Assembly (NCBI GenBank): GCA_032718475.1
Contig: JAUCBJ010007053.1
Location: 62,001-126,000, forward strand
From: Nemertoderma westbladi
Lineage: Eukaryota; Animalia; Xenacoelomorpha
Reading direction: 5' to 3'
Length of the DNA stretch: 64,000 nt
This document shows, piece after piece, positions 35,905 to 48,600 of the stretch. Position numbers and translations under genes: made by a program. The stretch's first letter is position 1; every line of letters starts with the position of its first letter. The notes below the pieces were generated by a model. That model searched no databases. It was given only the letters and a program-made list of their open reading frames with translations, and was not told the DNA's origin.

Positions 35905-36467
35905 AACCCTATCAAACTGACCAACCATATCAAACTAACCCACCGTATCAAATTTACTGACCGTATCAAACTAACCCACCATATCAAATTGACCCACCGT
36001 ATCAAACTAACCCACCGTATCAAATTGTCCCACAATATCAAACTGACCCACCGTATCAAATTGACCCACGGTATCAAACTTACCCACCGTATCAAACTGA
36101 CCCACCGTATCAAACTGACCCACCGTATCAAACTGACACATCGTATCAAATTCACCAACCTTATCAAACTAACCCACATTATCAAACTGATCCACCGTAT
36201 CAGATTGACCCACCGTATCAAACTGACCCACCGTATCAAACTGAGCCACCGTATCAAATTGACACACCGTATCAAATTGACCCACCGTATCAAACTGACC
36301 CACCGTATCAAACTGACCCACCGTATCAAATTGACCCACCGTATCAAATTGACCCAACGTATTAAACTGACCCACCGTATCAAACTGATCCACCGTATCC
36401 AATTGACCCACCGTATCAAACTGACCCACTGTATCAAACTGATCCACCGTATCCAATTGACCCACCG
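35905..36467. repeat. 18-bp minisatellite atcaaactgacccaccgt (~31 copies), intronic
   Basis: Direct reading; ends ~30 bp before the exon 2 acceptor. Confidence 0.95.
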
Positions 36468-36500
36468 TTGCTCTGTATAATAATAACGGTTGTCTTTCAG

Positions 36501-36616
36501 GTGAAGTACACTGGTTTTAGTTGCGACCGGGCAAACAACCTCTACTTTGTAACGATGGCCGTCACATTCTACGCCACGGGAATTCTTTCTCTTGTTCAAC
36601 TAATACTTTGCATGAG
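36501..36616 (+). CDS. Exon 2 of EGF + multi-pass membrane protein
   Basis: tctttcag|VKYTGFSCDRANNLYFVTMAVTFYATGILSLVQLILCM|gtacgt (phase 0 in, phase 2 out). Confidence 0.88.
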
Positions 36617-36752
36617 GTACGTCAATAGTCCTAAACAAACCCGGCATATGCGTTCTCGATTTTTGACAGTGTGGAAGCGAGGGTAAAGGATGGTGTTCCC
36701 ATAGTTACCAATAGCTCTGATACCTTGAGGATTATTATTGATTATTTACCAG

Positions 36753-36873
36753 GTCTGAAATGAACAAATGTGACAGGAAACTTAAAGTGGCTTTCACGGT
36801 AACCAATCAGAAGCTATTATATGTTCTCATTATGTTCGCTACTTTCTCCAGAGGTCTATATTTTATGCTTCAG
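36753..36873 (+). CDS. Exon 3 of same gene
   Basis: ccag|(R)SEMNKCDRKLKVAFTVTNQKLLYVLIMFATFSRGLYFMLQ|gtgagc; phases are compatible. Confidence 0.88.
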
Positions 36874-37011
36874 GTGAGCCACTTATTTACCTAACCTCTA
36901 TGATTAAAGTGAAACTATCTCCTTAAAACCTTAAGTGCGTTTCGTAGTAACTATCCGCTCCTTATTTATTTAACAAGCCCAGCATCACCCTGACAGATAT
37001 GCTTTCTTTAG

Positions 37012-37222
37012 GGCGATGTATCCTACCAATGGACCAATAACCTGCTGAATGCATTCTACCCCCTCCTTATCACCAGCATCACTCTCCTAGTTTGCTTCTG
37101 GGCCGAGCTCTTCCATCTCAAGGACTTACCTTGCGATCGCCCCGTCTTCCTTACCAAATCCTCAATCGCTTTCATTGTATTTAATTTATCTATTTACTTG
37201 CTGCTGATCGCTCAGTTTATAG
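37012..37222 (+). CDS. Exon 4 of same gene
   Basis: tttag|GDVSYQWTNNLLNAFYPLLITSITLLVCFWAELFHLKDLPCDRPVFLTKSSIAFIVFNLSIYLLLIAQFI|gtaagc. Confidence 0.9.
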
Positions 37223-37320
37223 GTAAGCTATTAATGTTACGGTTACAGGATGGACTTTCCAATAAATCGTTTGATTTGCAATCCTAAAATAACTAGTGCG
37301 TAAAATTAAACGTTAATGGT

Positions 37321-38697
37321 CAAACCAAAGCCAACAAACCAAACACCAAAGCCAACAAACCAAACACCAAAGCCAACAAACCAAACACCAAAGCCAACAA
37401 ACCCAAACACCAAAGCCAACAAACCAAACACCAAAGCCAACAAACCAAACACCAAAGCCAACAAACCAAAGCCAACAAACCAAACACCAAAGCCAACAAA
37501 CCAAACACCAAAGCCAACAAACCAAAGCCAACAAACCAAACACCAAACCCAACAAACCAAACACCAAAGCCAACAAACCAAACACCAAAGCCAACAAACC
37601 AAACACCAAAGCCAACAAACCAAACACCAAAGCCAACAAACCAAACACCAAAGCCAACAAACCAAAGCCAACAAACCAAACACCAAAGCCAACAAACCAA
37701 ACACCAAAGCCAACAAACCAAACACCAAAGCCAACAAACCAAACACCAAAGCCAACAAACCAAAGCCAACAAACCAAACACCAAACCCAACAAACCAAAC
37801 ACCAAAGCCAACAAACCAAACACCAAAGCCAACAAACCAAACACCAAAGCCAACAAACCAAACACCAAAGCCAACAAACCAAACACCAAAGCCAACAAAC
37901 CAAAGCCAACAAACCAAACACCAAACCCAACAAACCAAACACCAAAGCCAACAAACCAAACACCAAAGCCAACAAACCAAACACCAAAGCCAACAAACCA
38001 AACACCAAAGCCAACAAACCAAACACCAAAGCCAACAAACCAAACACCAAAGCCAACAAACCAAACACCAAAGCCAACAAACCAAACACCAAAGCCAACA
38101 AACCAAACACCAAAGCCAACAAACCAAACACCAAAGCCAACAAACCAAACACCAAAGCCAACAAACCAAACACCAAAGCCAACAAACCAAACACCAAAGC
38201 CAACAAACCAAACACCAAAGCCAACAAACCAAACACCAAAGCCAACAAACCAAACACCAAAGCCAACAAACCAAACACCAAACCCAACAAACCAAACACC
38301 AAAGCCAACAAACCAAACACCAAAGCCAACAAACCAAACACCAAAGCCAACAACCAAACACCAAAGCCAACAAACCAAAGCCAACAAACCAAACACCAAA
38401 CCCAACAAACCAAACACCAAGCCAACAAACCAAACACCAAAGCCAACAAACCAAACACCAAAGCCAACAAACCAAACACCAAAGCCAACAAACCAAACAC
38501 CAAAGCCAACAAACCAAACACCAAAGCCAACAAACCAAACACCAAAGCCAACAAACCAAACACCAAAGCCAACAAACCAAACACCAAAGCCAACAAACCA
38601 AACACCAAAGCCAACAAACCAAACACCAAAGCCAACAAACCAAACACCAAAGCCAACAAACCAAACACCAAAGCCAACAAACCAAACACCAAAGCCA
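37321..38697. repeat. 21-bp T-free minisatellite ccaacaaaccaaacaccaaag (~65 copies), intronic
   Basis: Direct reading; 14-bp deletion variants interspersed. Confidence 0.95.
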
Positions 38698-39155
38698 GAC
38701 AACTGATACCTAATTACAGAGTTCACTCGGACAGACACACCTATTACAAATTCTTAACAAAATTATAAATGATTACCATTTATTTGTTAATGGATCCGAT
38801 ACCGGAAGAGTCATATTTTGGGGTGTAGAGCGCTTCTTAAAAACTTATTTACATGTGGCTGGTGTATTAATATTATAGTCAGTGGTAAAAGTGAGTCTAG
38901 AGGTGCTAAAGACAACCTAAACCGCTACCGCTCTCTGTGGTTGGGTACTTTAGTCGATATTTTTCACTTCTAAATCTCATATTGATCTTTGGTTTCTTTA
39001 GAACGCATTTGGTGTTTTAGTGAGAGTAGACCTCTTCAAAACATGTAGAAATTGTTTCCCAAGATATTCCACAGGCCGACTCAAATATCTATCTTTGTTT
39101 TATAGGAGTAAAAATTAAAATTTATTAGTTATGTATAATTATTTATGTATCTTAG

Positions 39156-39280
39156 CAACTGAAGTCACAGACACAGACACGAAATCCTACCTGTCTGGAA
39201 TATTTAAAGGATCCCTTGGCGTTCTTATGTTAATTGTTCTCGTATTCTTCCTGTATTACGGCATAGAGGTCTATTTTAAG
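39156..39280 (+). CDS. Exon 5 of same gene
   Basis: cttag|(A)TEVTDTDTKSYLSGIFKGSLGVLMLIVLVFFLYYGIEVYFK|gttaga. Confidence 0.88.
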
Positions 39281-39405
39281 GTTAGAACTTATCTATTATG
39301 ATTCAACTACACCGAACACCCCTAACCGGTCGGTACAACTTAATGATTATATATTCCTAACAAACAACTGGTTGTATCATTTGCTTATTAATCTCTACAT
39401 TTTAG

Positions 39406-39557
39406 GTTAGAGGCGCATTCGTTAACTTGGCCTACACCTGTTTAGACTCGGTTCAGCTACATCTTTCCCGTATCGGTTTGATTTCCCAGGCTGGATTTAT
39501 TTTCCTCATCTCTATTTTTCTGTGTTCTGATGTTCTTGGAATTCCCTGGAGGAAAAA
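39406..39557 (+). CDS. Exon 6 of same gene (further exons expected downstream)
   Basis: tttag|VRGAFVNLAYTCLDSVQLHLSRIGLISQAGFIFLISIFLCSDVLGIPWRK|gttagt. Confidence 0.85.
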
Positions 39558-40201
39558 GTTAGTAAAAATGTAATAAATAATAATTTAATCCGATGTGATC
39601 GGGGATATTTGAAGAGCGCAGCGAGTGACATGAGAGGAAAGTACCACCGAGGTATTATAGATGGATAGACAATTAATGTCGTTGTTTTAAAAATATAGTA
39701 ACAATGTATGGAATTTATTCGTGCCGTACAGTAGTTTATGGCAGGGTTTTTTTTTTCAAAATGTCCGCTGTGAAAAGTTTCTAAACGGCGAGGAAAAATT
39801 TAGAAAATCTCTAATTTAATTAGAAAACCAAAATAATTTGCCCAATGACGAATTTGAAAAATTTGAATTTTGAAAAGTAGGCCATGTATTACTTCCTGTA
39901 TTGCTTTGTTTACTAATTTATTCAACCATACGGTATTAATTGTACTGGTAAGTCGTATGTCGTAGGTCAAAATAAATTATGGAACACATTGGTTTCAATT
40001 AAATGGGAGCGCTTCCACTGGTATGTCATAAGTCGTTTGTTACGACTCATGAGTCGAAAGTGATTATGTACCATGTTCCATCTTTTGACATACGACTCAT
40101 ATGAGTTATATCCGGCAAGAGGCCTGTGATTGGTTACTTTGGGTAGCAGTAAGCCAGAAAATATTGTAAAGCAATTTATGGTGTTCCATTAAATCTTCGG
40201 C

Positions 40202-43200
40202 CCTAAATCCCTGATGGACCCGGATATCTGGGGAGACGGAATCACCATAATGAACTACAAGATGTCAAACGACGAACGCGAGCGCTTTGGGCTAAAGCGC
40301 CGTGACCAGCCGTCCGCAAACAACGCGCCCGTCGCTGGGTCGCAACCAACTGTTGGTACGTGACAAAATAGCCACTCCACACCGTTAACCGTTTCAACCC
40401 TGCTGTGGAACATAGAAGGACTGAAATCTGTACTTGAGTTATCCTCTGACGATTTATTGTCCGGGCCTGATATCCTACTATTAACAGAGACTTTTGCAAC
40501 TAAGGAACCCGATCTACCGGGGTACTATACTTGGAGCACGGAGGCGACTAAACCCGCAGGAAGGGGAAGACCAATGGAGGGAATAACAGTTGCAGCTAAA
40601 CCTCACCTGAACCCGGAATTAGTTAGTAAATCAGGATCATTTGTAACAATTAATTCAGATGTTGGAGTTTTTATCTGCTGTTATTTCGACCCCGACACTA
40701 GTAGCGATGAGCTAGTGGACGGCGTTTATAAGGCGATCGAATCAGTTCCCGCTGGTTACAACGGACCAATTATATTAGGCGGTGATTTTAACGCCAGAAT
40801 GGACAAACAGAATTGCAAAGCGGATTGTCTCCAATATCTCATGGAAGAAAGTCACTATGGACTGGAACTGCAGAATGATTTAACTCAACCAACTTATTAC
40901 TGCCATAATGGTTCTAGTCTTATAGATTTAATATTTGCAAATGTTAAGGTTTCCTCAATAGACTACCCGATAAATGGATTAAGGAAACACATACCACTTA
41001 GAATGGAATGGGAGCTAAACGACCTTAGCAACCAACAATCTACGACCAAGGAAGATTCTCAAAGAAAAACTAAGAGAGAACTCAACTTAAACAATCTGGA
41101 AGCGGACCCTAGGTTATACAACGCATTCAACTTCTTGGAATTTGAGCAGGATATTGACGCAGCCTACTTAAATATTGCAGAGGCAATTAAAGATTCAGCC
41201 GTACCAATCATATTTTCTAAGGAATCAAACCCCTGGTTTGATGAGAAATGTTACAAACGACGTCAAGAAGTAATAACGCTTCACCATAGGGCCAAAGTTG
41301 ATCCAGCTGAACGCGAACTACTTTGTAGCACGAAACGATTATACAAAAACCTACTGAAGGGAAAACACGCAGCCTACCTAAAACTCCAAGAAGAAAAACT
41401 GATAGCTCGAGCCGAATCCGAGCCTTATAAATGGTGGCAGCAACGCAGAGCGGAACCACCTTGCCCAGTCCCACTGGCAGCATGGGAAAAACACTTCAGT
41501 GACCTACTATCAACAGCCACCCCACCTACCGAACCTCCATCGCAATCAGTCCCATACACTACCGTCGGTGAAGGAGAGGATCTTCCATATAATGCTCCTT
41601 TTACTCCCGAGGAAGTGGAGGAAGAGTTTATGAAGAAACCAAGTCGGAAGTCCGGGGGACCCGACCGCCTCCCATACGAATTACTGAAAGCCGCACTCCC
41701 GCTAACTCTCTACTTTTGGGTAACGTTATTCAACATATGCTTCATTTCTATGCGCATTGTATCTACGTGGAAATCTTGTATATGTAAGGTGTTGTACAAA
41801 GGTAAAGGACCTCGTAACGAACCAGATAACTACCGAGGCATTGCGTTGTTGTGCAATGCGTACAAGGTCTTAACTGATCTCGTAGCTCGCCGCTTACGTG
41901 CCGCCTTCAGCCACCTGATACCCAGAGAACAATTTGGTTTCCTACCGGGAAGATCTACGGCTCAACCCATTGTACAATTGCTCCATGATATAAACTGTAA
42001 CCTCGACCAACCAAGGAGACCCCTGTACGCATGCTTTGTGGATTTCAAGAAAGCATTCGATTCCGTTCCAAGACCTAAACTCATCGAGAAACTGCGCCGT
42101 TTATTTGGGCTCAAAGGAAGAATGCTGCGATTTATAGAAATACTACTATCGACCAATTACATACAAGTCTTCGATGGGTTGCGTAAAACCAAACCAATAA
42201 GCCAGCTGATCGGCCTATTACAGGGTGATACACTCAGTCCTTATTTATTTATACTATACATTGCGGATCTGGTAGATGCGCTCAAGCGGGCTGCCATTTT
42301 AGTAATATTACTGTTTGCCGACGATCTACTGTTTTACTCACACACCAGGGAAGGTCTACAAGCCGGCCTCAATGCTCTATCAGAGTGGGCGGCTCTGAAT
42401 GGTCTCACAGTCAATTTAAAGAAAACTGCCGTGATCAAGTTTCGACGGGGAGGTAAACTTTGTAAAGCAGATGAGTTTTATTACAACAACCAGCAACCTG
42501 TTATAATCCGAAACGCTTACACATATTTGGGTGTTACTTTCCAGCCAACGTTATCCTTTTCGACACACATTACAAATATCTGTTGTAAATCTATAATGTC
42601 TATCCACAACATTACAAACCCGCGTTATCTTTCTCTGGCGACCGCTATAAAAGTATTCAACATAAAGACACGACCCATAATAACGTACAACCTACATCTA
42701 ATCTGGCCTCATCTGACTACCGCGAACCTCCATACAATTGACAGAGTAAAGACTAATTACCTAAAGAAAACCTTGGGCGTACACAAAAGCACATTGAATC
42801 GCCTTGTGATAGCTTTGTGCGGGGAGAACACTCTAGTCGAGGACATCATTTGTAATCTGCACCTAAACGATACGGCTGCCTTGATGGAATATAGAGCAGA
42901 TATCGTAACCAAGAAGTCGGAAATTCCGGTCGAGTTCTGGAGCAGCCCGGCATTCCAGAACCGAAAATGGACAGAACCTAACCAATCTGGTCGGCACGTA
43001 ACAACACGGGTATCGGTCCACGGATTTCATCATAAGATCTGTGCGACAGATAAATTTCATGCCCCCAACCTGGAGAGCTGTGTATGTCTGCTGTGCGGAG
43101 ACCCGGCCCCACTATACCACCTACTAACATGCAAGGAAAACTCGCGAACGCTAACCTCCTGGGCCTCTAATGATACGTAATTTACCGAACTCTTTTAACT

Positions 43201-43291
43201 CTTTAACGTTTTTACTTATTTATTTGATTTAATTAAATACCGTTTTTATCTACCATAATGCCAGTACCATGGCGCAATTAAATTAATATAT
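40202..43291 (+). mobile_element. Young LINE, 5'-truncated in ORF1, intact ORF2
   Basis: 14-bp TSD attaaatcttcggc (40188-40201, 43292-43305); AT-rich tail; uninterrupted ORF2. Confidence 0.95.
40364..43180 (+). CDS. LINE ORF2: APE endonuclease + reverse transcriptase + C-terminal zinc knuckle
   Basis: LLWNIEGL, LLTETF, GGDFNAR, NYRGIAL, DFKKAFDSV, GLLQGDTLSP, FADD, YTYLG, CLLC..HLLTC; the frame is open from the TGA at 40361-40363. Confidence 0.93.
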   Translation, partial: QNSHSTPLTVSTLLWNIEGLKSVLELSSDDLLSGPDILLLTETFATKEPDLPGYYTWSTEATKPAGRGRPMEGITVAAKPHLNPELVSKSGSFVTINSDVGVFICCYFDPDTSSDELVDGVYKAIESVPAGYNGPIILGGDFNARMDKQNCKADCLQYLMEESHYGLELQNDLTQPTYYCHNGSSLIDLIFANVKVSSIDYPINGLRKHIPLRMEWELNDLSNQQSTTKEDSQRKTKRELNLNNLEADPRLYNAFNFLEFEQDIDAAYLNIAEAIKDSAVPIIFSKESNPWFDEKCYKRRQEVITLHHRAKVDPAERELLCSTKRLYKNLLKGKHAAYLKLQEEKLIARAESEPYKWWQQRRAEPPCPVPLAAWEKHFSDLLSTATPPTEPPSQSVPYTTVGEGEDLPYNAPFTPEEVEEEFMKKPSRKSGGPDRLPYELLKAALPLTLYFWVTLFNICFISMRIVSTWKSCICKVLYKGKGPRNEPDNYRGIALLCNAYKVLTDLVARRLRAAFSHLIPREQFGFLPGRSTAQPIVQLLHDINCNLDQPRRPLYACFVDFKKAFDSVPRPKLIEKLRRLFGLKGRMLRFIEILLSTNYIQVFDGLRKTKPISQLIGLLQGDTLSPYLFILYIADLVDALKRAAILVILLFADDLLFYSHTREGLQAGLNALSEWAALNGLTVNLKKTAVIKFRRGGKLCKADEFYYNNQQPVIIRNAYTYLGVTFQPTLSFSTHITNICCKSIMSIHNITNPRYLSLATAIKVFNIKTRPIITYNLHLIWPHLTTANLHTIDRVKTNYLKKTLGVHKSTLNRLVIALCGENTLVEDIICNLHLNDTAALMEYRADIVTKKSEIPVEFWSSPAFQNRKWTEPNQSGRHVTTRVSVHGFHHKICATDKFHAPNLESCVCLLCGDPAPLYHLLTCKENSRTLTSWASNDT

Positions 43292-43367
43292 ATTAAATCT
43301 TCGGCGTATCTTCTTTTTACATCGACGGACTCAGACAATATCTGAAAGCGATTTATAACATTCGACT

Positions 43368-45391
43368 CATGAGTTACCAGTGGGGCGCTGGCCTACGTAA
43401 TGAGTTACCAGTGGGGCGCGGGCCTACGTAATGAGTTACCAATGAGGCGCGGGCCTACGTAATGAGTTACCAATGGAGCGCGGGCCTACGTAATGAGTTA
43501 CCAGTGGGGCGCGGGCCTACGTAATGAGTTACCAGTGGGGCGCGGGCCTACGTAATGAGTTACCAGTGGGGCGCGGGCCTACGTAATGAGTTACCAGTGG
43601 GGCGCGGGCCTACGTAATGAGTTACCAGTGGGGCGCGGGCCTACGTAATGAGTTACCAGTGGGGCGCGGGCCTACGTAATGAGTTACCAGTGGGGCGCGG
43701 GCCTACGTAATGAGTTACCAATGAGGCGCGGGCCTACGTAATGAGTTACCAGTGGGGCTCGGGCCTACGTAATGAGTTACCAGTGGGGCGCGGGCCTACG
43801 TAATGAGTTACCAGTGGGGCGCGGGCCCACGTAATGAGTTACCAATGAGGCGCGGGCCTACGTAATGAGTTACCAATGGAGCGCGGGCCTACGTAATGAG
43901 TTACCAGTGGGGCTCGGGCCTACGTAATGAGTTACCAGTGGGGCGCGGGCCTACGTAATGAGTTACCAGTGGGGCGCGGGCCTACGTAATGAGTTACCAA
44001 TGAGGCGCGGGCCTACGTAATGAGTTACCAATGAGGCGCGGGCCTACGTAATGAGTTACCAATGGAGCGCGGGCCTACGTAATGAGTTACCAGTGGGGCT
44101 CGGGCCTACGTAATGAGTTACCAGTGGGGCGCGGGCCTACGTAATGAGTTACCAGTGGGGCGCGGGCCTACGTAATGAGTTACCAATGAGGCGCGGGCCT
44201 ACGTAATGAGTTACCAGTGGGACGCGGGCCTACGTAATGAGTTACCAGTGGGGTTCGGGCCTACGTAATGAGTTACCAGTGGGGCGCGGGCCTACGTAAT
44301 GAGTTACCAGTGGGGCGCGGGCCTACGTAATGAGTTACCAGTGGGGCGCGGGCCTACGTAATGAGTTACCAGTGGGGCGCGGGCCTACGTAATGAGTTAC
44401 CAGTGGGGCGCGGGCCTACGTAATGAGTTACCAGTGGGGCGCGGGCCTACGTAATGAGTTACCAGTGGGGCGCGGGCCTACGTAATGAGTTACCAGTGTG
44501 GCGCGGGCCTAAGTAATGAGTTACCAGTGGGGCGCGGGCCTACGTAATGAGTTACCAGTGGGGCGCGGGCCTACGTAATGAGTTACCAGTGGGGCGCGGG
44601 CCTACGTAATGAGTTACCAGTGGGGCGCGGGCCTACGTAATGAGTTACCAGTGGGGCGCGGGCCTACGTAATGAGTTACCAATGGGGCTCGGGCCTACGT
44701 AATGAGTTACCAGTGGGGCGCGGGCCTACGTAATGAGTTACCAGTGGGGCGCGGGCCTACGTAATGAGTTACCAGTGGGGCGCGGGCCTACGTAATGAGT
44801 TACCAATGGGGCTCGGGCCTACGTAATGAGTTACCAGTGGGGCGCGGGCCTACGTAATGAGTTACCAGTGGGGCGCGGGCCTACGTAATGAGTTACCAAT
44901 GGGGCTCGGGCCTACGTAATGAGTTACCAGTGGGGCGCGGGCCTACGTAATGAGTTACCAGTGGGGCGCGGGCCTACGTAATGAGTTACCAGTGGGGCGC
45001 GGACCTACGTAATGAGTTACCAGTGGGGCGCGGGCCTACGTAATGAGTTACCAGTGGGGCGCGGGCCTACGTAATGAGTTACCAGTGGGGCGCGGGCCTA
45101 CGTAATGAGTTACCAGTGGGGCGCGGGCCTACGTAATGAGTTACCAATGAGGCGCGGGCCTACGTAATGAGTTACCAATGGAGCGCGGGCCTACGTAATG
45201 AGTTACCAGTGGGGCGCGGGCCTACGTAATGAGTTACCAGTGGGGCGCGGGCCTACGTAATGAGTTACCAGTGGGGCGCGGGCCTACGTAATGAGTTACC
45301 AATGAGGCGCGGGCCTACGTAATGAGTTACCAATGGGGCTCGGGCCTACGTAATGAGTTACCAGTGGGGCGCGGGCCTACGTAATGAGTTA
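43368..45391. repeat. 31-bp GC-rich satellite gagttaccagtggggcgcgggcctacgtaat, left arm (~65 copies)
   Basis: Direct reading. Confidence 0.97.
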
Positions 45392-45660
45392 CTATTATTA
45401 ATTCATTTAATTCGGACCCAGCCGACAACAGTAAAAGTTCGCTGCACGTTAATAAGAAATAAAAAGCGAACAAAGTTTCACACACTGCACCAGTGATACA
45501 AAATAAAGGATACAATATATTCAAATTAAAAGGAAGAACAAAGCATTTAAAATAGCCATGGATGGATGCAAATGAAAAAAAAAAAAGAATTATGACCTCG
45601 GGGTTTGCTCTGCTTCCAAACGATGCAGAGTCATTAATACTGCACAGGGAACACAGTGTA

Positions 45661-48600
45661 TTACACAATACCGAAGTAGTCCCTAATTCTGGTTCTTTTT
45701 TCTCCGAGACTCAATGTTCTAAGATTAAATGTTTCTTCGATAAAGCTGGCCTTGGCCTTATCCCCAGTCAATGCTGCTCCGTGCGAGATACGATTCATCA
45801 GGGACTTCTTGTCATAGCGGTACATCAATAGGGACTCAAGCTGTGGAAGGGGAAAGATAGATAGCGCTTTTATAAAAGAGTTTAGCACTCCCCGATACCG
45901 TGACCCAGAGGTTCCATCGAGACTAGCAACAGAGCAGTTAATAAACGATCCCTGTAAAGCCTTGCTGGGACAATCTATAATTCGCACCATGGTTCCCACC
46001 GCTTGTCGCATTGCTTCCACTGATAGGGCATTGATGCTCGTAAGGTGCTCCAGTGTGGGGTTGCTAACATAGCGCCCAATGTAGAGTAAGCTGCGCAGAG
46101 CATTTCTGTGGGCAGCATCGAGTCTATCCATGTCGTTCTGGGAGAGGTAACCAATGTGTAATCTCAGGTCGTATAAAATTACAGGCAGTGCAACTGTTCT
46201 CCAGAGGTGAGATACGGTTTCAACAGGCAGCCATTCAGAGGTCCATCCCTTGTTCTTAAGGGTCTGGCTTAGTGCCGCTATCGTCTGCAGGGTCTTGCTT
46301 AAGGGGTTAGTCATAACAGTAGCCAAATCGTACCCTAAGAAGCTTAACTTTTCGCATCTTGGAACCACTTTGCCGTTCAGATAAAGAAATGTTGGCCTAT
46401 GACAGCCTTGGTGATTGTTGAACACAGTCCAGTTTACTTTGGATTTTTCTACTGTAAGTTTCATTTCTGCTGCGCTATTATGGAACATGGTAAACATTTT
46501 CTCCATTCCCTCCTGCGTGTTAGAGACTAACAAGAAATCATCAGCATAAGAGATTGTTCCCAACCAGTGTGTGTCTATCCAGCATCCGAGGTTGGAACTT
46601 TTCAAATCATCAAGAATGGATTTAGTATACAAATTGAAGAGGACTGGTGAGAGGAGTGATCCCTGTTTCAGGCCTCTACAAACATGGATGCCTATAGCAT
46701 CAACATCACTGCCGAACTTGAGAAAATAGAGGCTTCTGGTGTAATAGTTAAGGACAGTAGCAACAATGTGAGGGTTTATTCCACACTCCAGCATTTTGCA
46801 GCCCAGAACGTTATAGTCAACAGTGTCGAATGCTGACTCTATATCAAGCTGACAGAGATATACTGACTTGTTCTTCATCCGCAGATGCTCAATGCACTCT
46901 AACATCGTTGCAATGACTACATCAGACCCAATGTGACTACGGTAGGCTGTCTGGTTCTCATGGAGATCTATGCTGCTAAGGAAGCTCTTCAGCACAACAT
47001 GTTCAAACAATTTGGCCCAAATGCTGATTGATGATATTGGGCGATACGATTTAGGAGAGTAAACATCCCGATGCTTGCCCTTATAGAGGCTTGTCAGAAC
47101 CGAATGTCCAAATATATTAGGAACTTTCTTCAGCATGAATGAGAGGTTGAACACAATTGCTAAGATTTCACATATTGGCTCTGGGTTCAAATGTAGCAAA
47201 TGCTCAATAGTGAGCGAAGAGTTATCAGGGGCTTTCCCTGTAGATAGTGCTGCAATTGCTCTCTTCACTGTCAGTGAGGATATTTGTGGCACCACTGAGT
47301 TTGCACACGCCAAGTCCATGTCAGTCAGTAGTTCATCACTCAACTTGGAGGCATTGTTGGAAAATTTTCTAACATAACTATCGCGCAACTTATCTTCCAT
47401 CGAGGGGGGTATACCATTTCCGTTTGATTTATTTACCTTTGCCCAAAAGTATTTCGGATTTGAGTTGAATTTGTTGGCCCATTTATGTATTGATTGTGCG
47501 ACTGAGTTTTTAGAGAGAAAATTTTTGATACGCCTTGTGCGTCGTTTGGACTCCTTGAACACTGTAGCAAGGGGGTGTTCATTGCCTTTTCCTTCTTCAC
47601 TCCATAGTTGGTACAATTGTTGTGTTGTTTTCGAACTCTGGTGTAGAATTTTGGACCGAATTCTTATGTTTTTTATACCAGTCTTTCGCTTTGCTACTGG
47701 AATATTCTGAATTGCAGCATCATGAATTGCAGACTGTATGTTCTCCATCACACCATCGAGAGTTGCAGTAGAAGGTTTTCCACCTAGTTCAGATTTTATT
47801 TTATGGATATTCTCCAATAGAAGTGTGTCAACAGCAACTTTATATCTTTCCTTTTGGGCTTCAGTTGCTTTAGCCCAGTTAAATTTCATGATTTTCCTCC
47901 TTGTGGTTGGCTTCACTTTCTGCCCTGAATGGTCATTGTTGAACATAACCGAAAATGTCGCAATTACTGGTACGTGATCTGAGTAGTTACTACCAGGATC
48001 TTCTTCATATACGCAGCCATCTTTTATCAAAACCATGTTTAACATTGGAGTCAATATATGGTCAATATATGACTGACCACCGTTGTGCCCATAAAACGTT
48101 ATAACTGGCCCAGTGAACTGCTTGTGAGTATCGATGGCCCTTAAATTATTATCGTTTAGAAAAGAGTTAAGAATCCGGCCTCTGTAAGATGGTTTCTCAG
48201 TGAGGAATCTGTTTCCCTGCAGACTACCAAGATCAGCATTGGCATCAGTGAGGATGATGGGGATGCATGCTGAATACTGCTCCAGTAACCCATAGAGGCG
48301 GCCCAGGAACTCATCGTAGACTTCTTGAGGTTTCCCCGAATCTGGGGCATAGGCTGAAAGAATCAGAAATGGCTCGTTTGAGGAGTGAAGATGAGCAATT
48401 ACGCCAACAATATTATCTCCAGATTTCACTTCACTGAAACTATTCACTTTATCCTTCCTCATGTAAAGGGCTACACCACCTGCACCACGTATACGGTTAG
48501 GATTGCTCATTAAGTGGCTTACTGAATATATACAGTTGAAGTTGGCATCCAGTAGACACATTGATTCTTTGCACTCCATGTCATCGAGCCAGTGTTCCTG

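Noticed and set aside
35895-36599. ORFs with LIRWVS / THRIKL repeats
   Set aside because: Translations of the intronic 18-bp minisatellite.
37306-38738. Hydrophobic or Q/K/T-rich 460-aa ORFs; telomere-like C/A strand bias
   Set aside because: T-free 21-bp minisatellite inside an intron; not a TTAGG(G)-type repeat.
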